Shown piece after piece: positions 11,244 through 21,160 of a DNA stretch of 64,000 bases (positions are counted from its first letter, which is position 1; every line of letters begins with the position of its first letter). Below the pieces are notes generated by a model that worked only from the letters and a program-made list of their open reading frames with translations, did not search any database and was not told the origin of the DNA. The DNA lies in NCBI RefSeq assembly GCF_964204645.1, contig NC_134030.1:15624110-15688109 (forward strand). The letters are read 5' to 3'. Source of the stretch: Tubulanus polymorphus (lineage: Eukaryota > Animalia > Nemertea). A program made the translations under genes and the position numbers.

Positions 11244-12324
11244 TTATTCTTTTAATTTTACTAGATAAAATCCATTCATTAAATTTATCATCATATCCTT
11301 TATATTTCACCAAAGAATACTTTTTTCCTTTAAGAGTTTTTGTTTTCAATACTTTTTCTATTTTGTATTCTATTTCATCTGGATTTGGTACTAATGATAA
11401 TTCTTGTTCATAAAAATAACCTAATATTTCTTCATCTTTTAAATCAAACAATTTATAAACAAATGGTTTAGTTAATATTATCTTTTTAATTTTAAATATT
11501 TCTTCTGTAAAATTAGGGGTATAACCTTTATAAAATGTATTTCGATATTTAGAAATTCTAACATGTTGTCCTATTTTAAATTTAGGTTCTCCAAAATCAT
11601 GTGTAACAAACGCACCATATAAATTATTCCAAACTATTTCTGAATTTTCTTCTTTTCTAGCTTGTATAGGTTTCATATTTATAGAACTATGTTTAGAATT
11701 ATTATAACCTTTCACTAAATCATCTAACACATCGATATATTTGTATGTTTCATTAGCGGTGAAATATTTCCACATTCTAGTTTTCAATGTTTTATTAAAT
11801 CTTTCTATAACAGATGCTTTTTTATCTGAATGTGTTGAAAAATATTCTACATCGTTATCAGTTAATAGTTTTTTAAAATGTTTGTTATAAAATTCTTTAC
11901 CTTCATCAAATTGTATCTTATCTGGAATAGCTTCTTTAAATATTAATTTGAAAGAATTTGTAACTTCTATACCAGTTTTATTTTTAATCGGGATACTCCA
12001 TGCGTATCTACTGAATATATCTATAACATTTAGTATCCAAAAATATCTTTTGTTATATTCTTCTAAGTTCTTCATGTCAATTAAATCTGCTTGCCATTGT
12101 TGATCGATATATGAAACCATTACTTTTCTTGTTAAATATTTTTTATCCATCTTTTTATGAATTTGATATGTGGGTTGATTTTGTAACCATGATTTTAATT
12201 CACTATATTTTATATTGCTATTATCAGATTTAATTTTATTCCATAATTCTGAAACGTTAGAAAATGATACTTCACTTTCTGGGTTGTAATATAACGCTCT
12301 TAAATATTGTTCTTTTTTCATCAT
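11236..12324 (-). CDS. int: Retroviral-like (rve) integrase with C-terminal chromodomain
   Basis: WQADLIDM, VIDIFSRYAW, FDEGKEF, ERFNKTLK (DDE); YKIEKVL..VKYKGY..FNEWI chromodomain. Confidence 0.95.
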   Translation of the reverse strand: MMKKEQYLRALYYNPESEVSFSNVSELWNKIKSDNSNIKYSELKSWLQNQPTYQIHKKMDKKYLTRKVMVSYIDQQWQADLIDMKNLEEYNKRYFWILNVIDIFSRYAWSIPIKNKTGIEVTNSFKLIFKEAIPDKIQFDEGKEFYNKHFKKLLTDNDVEYFSTHSDKKASVIERFNKTLKTRMWKYFTANETYKYIDVLDDLVKGYNNSKHSSINMKPIQARKEENSEIVWNNLYGAFVTHDFGEPKFKIGQHVRISKYRNTFYKGYTPNFTEEIFKIKKIILTKPFVYKLFDLKDEEILGYFYEQELSLVPNPDEIEYKIEKVLKTKTLKGKKYSLVKYKGYDDKFNEWILSSKIKRINE

Positions 12325-12327
12325 ATT

Positions 12328-12711
12328 TTAATCCATTAATAATATTTTAGATTTATTTTCATTTGATTTATGATTTGACTTATTTTCTGGTATAATAGGT
12401 TTATTGTCATTGGAATCATCTTTATCATCAGATTTGAATTTTGATTTATATATTACACCGGATAATATAATAACTGTTACTAATCCAATTGTAATATATA
12501 AGTAATTATTTCTTCCACTATTAGAATTAGATGGATTATTATTTGAATCAATACTACCGTGTGGGTGCCGTACGGCATCATCGGGTGATTCATTTATATC
12601 AGTTAATTTCTTTTTCTTAGCTTTTTTTAATTCTGAAGATCTTTTACCTAATTCTCTTGCCCATTTAATTTGTTTCTCTGATCTAGCCTTTTTCTTAACT
12701 CCATCACTCAT
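12328..12711 (-). CDS. Basic single-TM protein (127 aa)
   Basis: Lys/Arg-rich N-terminus, YLYITIGLVTVIILSGVIY TM. Confidence 0.7.
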   Translation of the reverse strand: MSDGVKKKARSEKQIKWARELGKRSSELKKAKKKKLTDINESPDDAVRHPHGSIDSNNNPSNSNSGRNNYLYITIGLVTVIILSGVIYKSKFKSDDKDDSNDNKPIIPENKSNHKSNENKSKILLMD

Positions 12712-13309
12712 TTATTTTAGTTAATTTTTGTTCTGATTCATTTTCTGTTTCACTGTTTGGTTGTAGTACATCTGTTTCGTTCTTACCTGATTTATATTCC
12801 ATAGGCTTGATATTCGAAAATGTTATAACTCCAGTAGAAATTAATGTCATAACCGATCCTAATTGAAATAAAGTATATCCAACCCATTTTTGTAATTCAG
12901 TCATAACTAAATAGTCATTTTTCAAATCATTATATAATTTATTTTCATCATCAATTGGTATTAACTGGTTACATAACTTAGAATAACATTTGACAATACC
13001 ATCTGAAATAGAATCATTTATTCTAGCTAATCGAGCTTCTTCATAAATCTTAAAATATTTTATTACTTTTTCTTTATTCATATTATCTAATTCTTGAAAA
13101 GTTATTGTTTTACCAATAAACTCTTTAGTTTTTCCACTCGCAATCAATAGTTCTAGATGATGCTTACAATATAAATAGTATTCATAATCAATATTACTAT
13201 CAATTTTATTATCACATTTAGTTGCCACATTATCATTATCATCTGTTAGACCTAAATCTTCCAAAGTTTTTTCAACTTTAATATTATTCTTATTCGATTT
13301 CTTTGACAT
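12704..13309 (-). CDS. Conserved hypothetical protein (201 aa)
   Basis: Close homolog at 25345-25907. Confidence 0.75.
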   Translation of the reverse strand: MSKKSNKNNIKVEKTLEDLGLTDDNDNVATKCDNKIDSNIDYEYYLYCKHHLELLIASGKTKEFIGKTITFQELDNMNKEKVIKYFKIYEEARLARINDSISDGIVKCYSKLCNQLIPIDDENKLYNDLKNDYLVMTELQKWVGYTLFQLGSVMTLISTGVITFSNIKPMEYKSGKNETDVLQPNSETENESEQKLTKINE

Positions 13310-13558
13310 TTATATTAGAGAAAAAAAGCAAAAAAAATATTATAAGTATTCTTCAAATGATACTAGATAGTTAAAGTTAAAGAACTCTAGTATTGACTAC
13401 TGATACTAGCTATTTGAATTTATAGAATTTCTATTCGGATCTATTCAAAATATAAAGTATTCTCTTTTTGAAAAGAAAATATTAAAAATATAATAGAATT
13501 CGCTAGCTAGTTGAAGTTATTGTTTTTTAAATACTTTTTATTTAAAATCTATTATTCT

Positions 13559-14221
13559 TTAACCACTCATTAAAGACTCAACGTATTGTTCATTATGTGT
13601 TGAATTCCATAATTCAATAAATTTTTTTACTTTTTCCAGTTGATTCAAATATAACTGTAAATCTATTTTATTAGATTTGATTTGATTTTCTTTCTTTTCT
13701 AAAGGTCTTAGATTCTTCCAATTCCAAATAAGTTTTTTATTGTATTCATCGTTCATGTTAAATTTAGATATTGGTAACACGTGATCAATATGGTAATAAT
13801 CCCCATAATTATATATATTCATTTTATCATCGAATTGAAATATAATCCATGATTTGAGAAATTCATCTGAACAACCCAACAAATTAGATAGTGTTTCTGA
13901 ATGTGTTTCTTTGTTGAATAATTGTGTTAATCTAGACCGTAAACATTGTTTCAATCTAAAATTAAGATCTGTTTGATATCTTTCTCTCATATATTCTGTC
14001 ATATAATCATTATAAGATTCTCTATTATCTTCTCGATATTGTTTAGTATATAGTTTAATGCAAGTTTTACAGTAATATTGAAAACCATCTTTGCTAGTCT
14101 TACGCTTACTAAATTCTGTTAATGATTTATCTAATTCACATTTAGAACACTTCTTGTAATATATGTTTATAACGCCAGTGTTATTTGTAATATTGATAGT
14201 TTGTGGTTGTTCTGGTTCCAT
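13559..14221 (-). CDS. HNH endonuclease with N-terminal CxxC..CxxC zinc ribbon
   Basis: KKCSKC...KDG...CKTC; LLGCS; HIDHVLP; NLRPL...EN..KSNK. Confidence 0.85.
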   Translation of the reverse strand: MEPEQPQTINITNNTGVINIYYKKCSKCELDKSLTEFSKRKTSKDGFQYYCKTCIKLYTKQYREDNRESYNDYMTEYMRERYQTDLNFRLKQCLRSRLTQLFNKETHSETLSNLLGCSDEFLKSWIIFQFDDKMNIYNYGDYYHIDHVLPISKFNMNDEYNKKLIWNWKNLRPLEKKENQIKSNKIDLQLYLNQLEKVKKFIELWNSTHNEQYVESLMSG

Positions 14222-14416
14222 TTATTATACATATTTTTTTACTAAATTGGTTAATATTTTATAATCCTCTTCCATTTCTTCAACCAACGTCATCCTTTTT
14301 CATTCCTCGCTGCTTTTGGATAAGTCAGTTTCAATTCCTTGATATCTAAATAATACCACTGGGCAAAAACGCTCGGGTGAGAGCGAGTTGGCTTCTGCGC
14401 ATGCGCTCATTATAAT

Positions 14417-15345
14417 TGTCAAACAATTTATCATTTTAACTGTCAAACAATTTATCATTTTAACTGTCAAACAATTTATCATTTCAACTGTCAAACAATT
14501 TATCATTTTAACTGTCAAACAATTTATCATTTTAACTGTCAAACAATTTATCATTTCAACTGTCAAACAATTTATCATTTTAACTGTCAAACAATTTATC
14601 ATTTCAACTGTCAAACAATTTATCATTTCAACTGTCAAACAATTTATCATTTTAACTGTCAAACAATTTATCATTTCAACTGTCAAACAATTTATCATTT
14701 CAACTGTCAAAAAATTTATCATTTTAACTGTCAAACAATTTATCATTTCAACTGTTAAACAATTTATCATTTCAACTGTCAAACAATTTATCATTTTAAC
14801 TGCTAAACAATTTATCATTTCAACTGTCTTATCATTTCAACTGTTAAACAATTTATCATTTTAACTGTCAAACAATTTATCATTTCAACTGTCAAACAAT
14901 TTATCATTTCAACTGTCAAACAATTTATCATTTTAACTGTCAAACAATTTATCATTTTAACTGTCAAACAATTTATCATTTTAACTGTCAAACAATTTAT
15001 CATTTCAACTGTCAAACAATTTATCATTTTAACTGTCAAACAATTTATCATTTCAACTGTCAAACAATTTATCATTTCAACTGTCAAACAATTTATCATT
15101 TCAACTGTCAAACAATTTATCATTTCAACTGTCAAACAATTTATCATTTCAACTGTCAAACAATTTATCATTTTAACTGTCAAACAATTTATCATTTCAA
15201 CTGTCAAACAATTTATCATTTCAACTGTCAAACAATTTATCATTTTAACTGTCAAACAATTTATCATTTCAACTGTCAAACAATTTATCATTTCAACTGT
15301 CAAACAATTTATCATTTTAACTGTCAAACAATTTATCATTTCAAC
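14417..15345. repeat. 24-bp tandem array ACTGTCAAACAATTTATCATTT(T/C)A, ~39 units
   Basis: Seen directly; one truncated unit near 14828. Confidence 0.97.
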
Positions 15346-15401
15346 AGTCTATTAGATATTTAAATCATTTAACTCAATTCAATAATTATAATGTAGAATT
15401 G

Positions 15402-16023
15402 TTACTCTTTACGCCAGTTTTTATATTTAATTGTTTCATAATGCTTTGATTTATGTGATTTTAAATATTTACCTCCGCAATAACAATGCACTTTTTCATT
15501 AGGATTGAATTTTCTAAATTCATCATCTAAATTACATTGAACTGCAATATCTTTATAAGAATTATTATTATCTAATTCACATTGAATTCCAATATTTGAT
15601 GAATTTTCATTATAGATAATTTGTTTATTATCAAAATTGAAATAATATAATTGTCTTTTTTCAATTCTTAAGTTAATCAAATCATTGTAATCTTTTGAAA
15701 GTATTATATCATCATTTCTTTCATTGAAAGGAGTTTTAAGAATATTAATTATGTTTTCATCTAAAGTTCCTTTAAAATTTAAAACTGTATTGAATACTTT
15801 AGGACTTTTAACACCATTATCAAAAGTATCTACTAGTTCAGTAATTAAATATGTTTCATTTGATAATATTTGATTAATCATAGTTATGTTATCGATTTTA
15901 TAATACCTTGCGGACACTAAATTTGTTGCTGAAATATAATTTTTAATGTAAAACTGTGAAAATGATTTATTGGTTTCTTTTATTTCGATTTTAAAGTTGG
16001 GTTCTTCTTCTTCTGTCTTCATT
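15402..16023 (-). CDS. Hypothetical protein with C-terminal CxC..H..H zinc finger (start probably ATG at 16023)
   Basis: HCYCGGKYLKSHKSKH; homolog 33349-33993 begins at the equivalent Met. Confidence 0.75.
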
Positions 16024-16130
16024 TTACTAACAAAACTTTTATTAAAATGAATCCAACGCATATAAATATAAATATTCAATGATTTATGAATTATTTCACT
16101 CACACTTTACTCACACTTTTTTCTAACGCG

Positions 16131-16180
16131 TAAAAATGAAAAATAAATTCGAGCGTGTGAGAATTTATTTTTCATTTTTA
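16131..16180. repeat. Perfect 20-bp-arm subterminal palindrome, loop GAGCGTGTGA
   Basis: TAAAAATGAAAAATAAATTC / GAATTTATTTTTCATTTTTA. Confidence 0.9.
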
Positions 16181-16291
16181 TGAGTTTTGCGAGTAATTCA
16201 AGTAGAAATTGTAATTATTTTTATGTTTTTCATTTTTTACGAGCTCGACCGTTCGACCTTTGATCTGAAAGCCTATTACCCCTATTACTAG

Positions 16292-19200
16292 CCTGTTATA
16301 AGTGATGAACAACCACCTGATTTTGATGAAATAAGTTTTAGTAATGATAATAAAACAGGCTGTTCGAATATCACGGATACCGGATACCGGACACCTAAAT
16401 ACCGGATACCGGATACCCGAGATTGCGGAGTATATAGCGCATCGGGTCTAATGGTCAGCGGTAAACGGCAGTTCGTGTGAGATCTAGTAGAAGAATAAAA
16501 GGCCTATATTATTTTCATAATACATCGGTATATGCTTTTCAAGTACAGTAGCATACAAATGTTACCGGTATAGACAATTCAAACAGATTTATTGCTTCCG
16601 AGTAATAACACGATTACATACGACAGTCACGGTAACAAACAGTAGACAGAAAATATTTTTTATCATTCTGCCAATTTGAACGGATTACCGAATAGACCGT
16701 TTTGGGCAGAGCTACTGTACAATACAAAATATCTTTATCATTCAGTTTCACGAAGAAGGCCATTTTAATAAAGTTAAGCGTTATTGACGATCTATATTTT
16801 CATGATCTTTAGAATTAAATTTAACATCAGGGTAAATAGTCACTTAGAGGTATGGTAGGTACCGGTATTTGACGAACTGATTTTTGAAGGTTATACCAAA
16901 ACAATTGGTGTCCAGGGGTGTTGATTTTCGACGATCGCCATGGACTCAATAATTTCATTTTTAGGGACATCGTGATTGAGAATGAAATGTAGACATATCG
17001 TCCAATAAATAGAATATACCGAATATTCTCCGTCATAAAATAAGAAAACGAATTTTAATTCTTTGTTTGTAAATACTTGTATTTCATTGGTGTTCAGCTC
17101 AACTATTCCATCGTAAATCAACAAATACAAAATGTAGAGATCTTTAAAACAAACTTTATTAGAAGAAACTTTAGAACTGCCAGACTCGCTTATGGCCTTC
17201 AAACTTGAGATATAGGGCCTAGCAGTACTCAGCCCTATTAATGAAAGGATTTTACAGAAAAACCAAAAGGGCCACCAATACATATCCATCACCAGTGAAG
17301 TAAGATAATAAAAAATGAATATAACGTTTAACTTCACCTAACCAAAGAAAAACAGTATTCAGAAAAAAATATGTATAATATTGAGATCGATGATGACACT
17401 TAAAACGTGAGAGAAGGCTGTAATCAGGCTAGCATTAAGACAAATAAGTTGGTTAGCCGCTGTAACAATTTGACATAAATGATTGTATGTCGCGGCAGTA
17501 CTACTTACAACAACACGGAAACGAATCCTTAGACCCGATGCGCTATATACTCCGCAATCTCGAGTATCCGGTATTTAGGTGTCCGGTATCCGGTATCCGT
17601 GATATTCGAACAGCCAATAAAACAGCATATAATAATAATTTAAATGATGAAGATGATTCTAGTGGGCCTATATTATATGATTATGATGAATTTAAAGATG
17701 ATACTGAAACACGCAAAAAATTTGAAGAATATATGACAACTCACGAAAGGGGAGTTATTAAACCCGTAACATTTAGAAAAGATTTAATGAATAGATTAGA
17801 AAGAACAAAAAACCCTGAATTGAAAGAAGATTTATATTTAATGAAAACTAGAATAACAGATACAATTGTTAACGAATTATTACCAAAAGTTGTAATAGAT
17901 GAAATTGATACAGAAGGTGTTGTAGAACAAATTGAAAAAGATGATCCACATTTCATGAATAATTTAGAATTTGAAAATGATGCATGGTATTATAATCTTG
18001 AATTAAATGGTAAAACTGAATCAATACAATTATCTAGAATGGGTCAAGAAAATATTGAACCTGGAATGCGTGCAAGATCTTCAATTGAACGTTCAAAAGG
18101 TGGTAGAGAATTTCTCAGAATTATATGGAATGCACTCGATAGAATAAATGAAGAAGAACCAATTCCTAAAATTGATATAAACAAACATTCACCATTTAAA
18201 AATCCAAATTTAAATCTTACTTATGTTGATCCAGAAATGGAAGAGTATGATGATCGATTAGATAAATTAAGATCTTCAACACCCGAAACATCGAGAAGAG
18301 ATATTCAACAAATTGATAATGATTAGAGTCAATTACAATTAGTAAAACATTTTGATAGCATGTTACATACAATTCATTCATTTGAAGAAGAGATGAAAGG
18401 TGCTTTAGATACACCCGGTGCTTAAACTGAAATAAATCGAATACAATCTTTACTAGAAAAAGGATTATTTGATTTAAATGATGATGAATTAGAAGCATTT
18501 CCTGAACAAGCGCGTAGAGAAATTAAAGGTATGCAAGAATCAGCTGATAAAATTGCGCATGAAAAAAGTAAAAGAGATATTAAAATTAGATTTTTAGAAA
18601 AAGATAGAACTGATAAAATTAAAGAAATAGAACAAGTAAAATTAGATAGAGATAGTAAAGTTATTGAAGAAATTGAATTTAAAAAAACGAAATGCATATT
18701 TAGAAAAAGAAAAAGATGATTTAGAATATAACATAGAATTACAGAAAGAAGAAATTAAATTATTATTAAAATCATCTGATAAAAATAAAGAAATAGAACA
18801 ATTAAAGTCTGATTTAGAACGACAAGTAATTGATGAAATAGAATATAGGCAAAAAGAATTACGTTTAGAAAAAGAAATTAATAATTTAGAAGTACAGAAA
18901 GAAGAAATTAAATTATTATTAAAATCATATGATTATAATATTAATAGATTAAAAGTTATTTTTAAAGATTTGTTGATAAAACCAGATTCTAAAATATCAT
19001 TGAAAGATAGAATAAAATTATTATTTAAGTTTGAAGGAATAACAATTCTTTCAATTCTAACAGCTGTAACTATGTTATTTACAACAATTGATTTAGCAAT
19101 ATCAAATTCATTAAAATCTATACCTACTCCCAATAAACCGGATAAACCCCCGAATGATAATAATTCTATACAAGATAAAGTTAAAGATGGTTTAAAGAAA

Positions 19201-19398
19201 TTAGCAAAATATTTATGGGAACTATCTAAAAAATCTGCTGCAGCATTACCCGGAGTTATAGCATCAATTGTTGGTTTTATATTGAAATCTGCTGGGAATA
19301 TTCTTAACTTTGCTGCTGAACATATTATTTTATTTTCAATTACAGTTGTAAGTGCAATTATTTTTGGGTTAGTGAATATGATATCAAAAAATAAATAA
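16292..19398 (+). pseudogene. Homolog of the 486-aa coiled-coil/TM gene, split by the MITE, with stops/frameshift and an internal duplication
   Basis: PVISDEQPPDFDEISFSNDNKT|AYNNNL across the MITE; C-terminus near-identical to 6596-8056. Confidence 0.8.
16358..17615. mobile_element. Non-autonomous DNA transposon, MuDR/Mutator-like
   Basis: ~90-bp TIRs GGCTGTTCGAATATCACGGATACC...; 9-bp TSD AATAAAACA (16349-16357, 17616-17624); GGATACC subrepeats. Confidence 0.85.
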
Positions 19399-19419
19399 TT
19401 AATTTTTTTTGTTAAATAA

Positions 19420-19672
19420 ATGAGTGGGAGTTATATCAATCCTTCTAAGAATCATAGAATATCTAATGCTATTAAAGCAGAGAGATCACATCATATAATT
19501 ACTCATAACCCTTCTAATATTAATCCTGATGAAACTTTATATGTTAGAATCCCTCGATTAACACAAAATACTTTTTATGTTCCAAATAGTATTTATTTAT
19601 CAGCTGATATAAAAGTAACCGGTAATAATAATAATTATGTTGTTGATAATGTTGGAAGATATTTGATTAAAA
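19420..19672 (+). pseudogene. MCP N-terminal fragment (deleted after ~84 codons)
   Basis: Near-identical to start of 8102-9349. Confidence 0.9.
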
Positions 19673-19966
19673 TCATATCTAATACATATTATTTGAAATT
19701 ACCTTAAATTATTTTTTTTTTTTAATTTATATTGAAACCTCAGTAATAATAAATAACCTTTATTATTTTCAAACTTATTCATATATTAGTTGAAAAAATA
19801 AAAATAAATTGGTTGAAAATAAATAATATTTATTTTAAAAAAGGGGGTTTTAAGTATTAAGGTATCTAATAGGGTATCTAATACATAGGTAGGTATTAGG
19901 GTATATAATAGGGTATCAGGTATTAGGGTATCTAATAGGGTATCTAATACATAGGTATATAAATAG

Positions 19967-20578
19967 TTATTTTATAAACTTATATTCATATGGAAATTGA
20001 AGCCTCAGTAATAATTTTGAACCTTTATTATTCTTTAATTTATTCATATATTCATCATGTAATTCAGTAGGTATAATTTGATTTTCTTCTAATGATTGTT
20101 GCATAGATTTTCTATCTTTGTTATAAAATAAAACTAGAAATCTTATATTCTCCCTAAAGTCTTTAACAATTGAATTATATTTTTGATTTAAAACCCATGT
20201 TGTTATCCCAAAATGTCTCCCAGAGAAAGCTAGATAACATAACTCACTTTCTCTCACTTTTGAATCATGTAAATTTGCGCAATCATCTATAATGAATAAT
20301 GTATTTGATCCTTTGTAAGTATCAATTGCTATTTTAATACAATTATCTAAATTTTCTTTTACTGTTTTAGGATCTAATATAATAAACTTTTTTATCTTAA
20401 CTATATCTCTATTATATGTTTTATTCATTTCATAAGTAGGACAAAATAATATTATATTATCAAAATGATTCTTATATATAGTTTCTAACAAATCTAATAT
20501 GAAATGTGTTTTACCACAGTTTGTTACCCCAGTTATTAACATATTATGCGGTTCAAATATAAATAAATCTTTATTCAT
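19967..20578 (-). CDS. Packaging ATPase (element B)
   Basis: Near-identical to 10629-11243. Confidence 0.92.
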   Translation of the reverse strand: MNKDLFIFEPHNMLITGVTNCGKTHFILDLLETIYKNHFDNIILFCPTYEMNKTYNRDIVKIKKFIILDPKTVKENLDNCIKIAIDTYKGSNTLFIIDDCANLHDSKVRESELCYLAFSGRHFGITTWVLNQKYNSIVKDFRENIRFLVLFYNKDRKSMQQSLEENQIIPTELHDEYMNKLKNNKGSKLLLRLQFPYEYKFIK

Positions 20579-21040
20579 TTATTCTTTTAATTTTACTAGA
20601 TAAAATCCATTCATTAAATTTATCATCATATCCTTTATTTTTCACCAAAGAATACTTTTTTGCTTTAAGAGTTTTTGTTTTCAATACTTTTTCTATTTTG
20701 TATTCTATTTCATCTGGATTTGGTACAAGTGATAATTCTTGTCCATAGAAATAACCTAATATTTCTTCATCTTTTAGATCTTCTAGTTTATAAACAAATG
20801 GTTTAGTTAATATTATCTTTTTAATCTTGAATATTTCTTCACTAAAATTTGGGGTATAACCTTTATAAAAGGTTTTTCTATATTTAGATATTCTAACGTG
20901 TTGTCCTATTTTAAATTTAGGTTCACCGAAATCATGTGTAACAAACGCTCCATATAAATTATTCCATACTATTTCTGAATTATCTTCTTTTCTAGCTTGT
21001 ATAGGTTTCATATTTATAGAACTATGTTTAGAATTATTCT
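20571..21040 (-). pseudogene. int: Integrase C-terminal/chromodomain fragment (catalytic core deleted)
   Basis: Matches C-terminal ~150 aa of A integrase. Confidence 0.9.
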
Positions 21041-21160
21041 TTATTTAGAATTTCTTTTTCTTAGCTTTTTTTAATTCTGCAGATCTTTTACCTAATTATC
21101 TTGCCCATTTAATTTGTTTTTCAGATCTAACCATTTTCTTAACACCATCAATCATTTATT

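Larger units (their letters stand above)
1..16289 (+). mobile_element. Polinton/Maverick-like endogenous viral element A (left end outside window), nearly intact
   Basis: pPolB, penton, MCP, A32-like ATPase, rve integrase in two convergent gene blocks; ends in ...GAAAGCCTATTACCCCTATTACT (5'-AGT on the minus strand, Polinton-type terminus shared with other copies). Confidence 0.93.

Noticed and set aside
14417-15345. CRISPR array or genuine MINCLTV-repeat proteins
   Set aside because: No unique spacers or cas genes; ORFs arise because the 24-bp unit is stop-free
17487-17615. N-terminus of the 279-aa ORF
   Set aside because: Read-through from the MITE right TIR; the true gene continues from 16292
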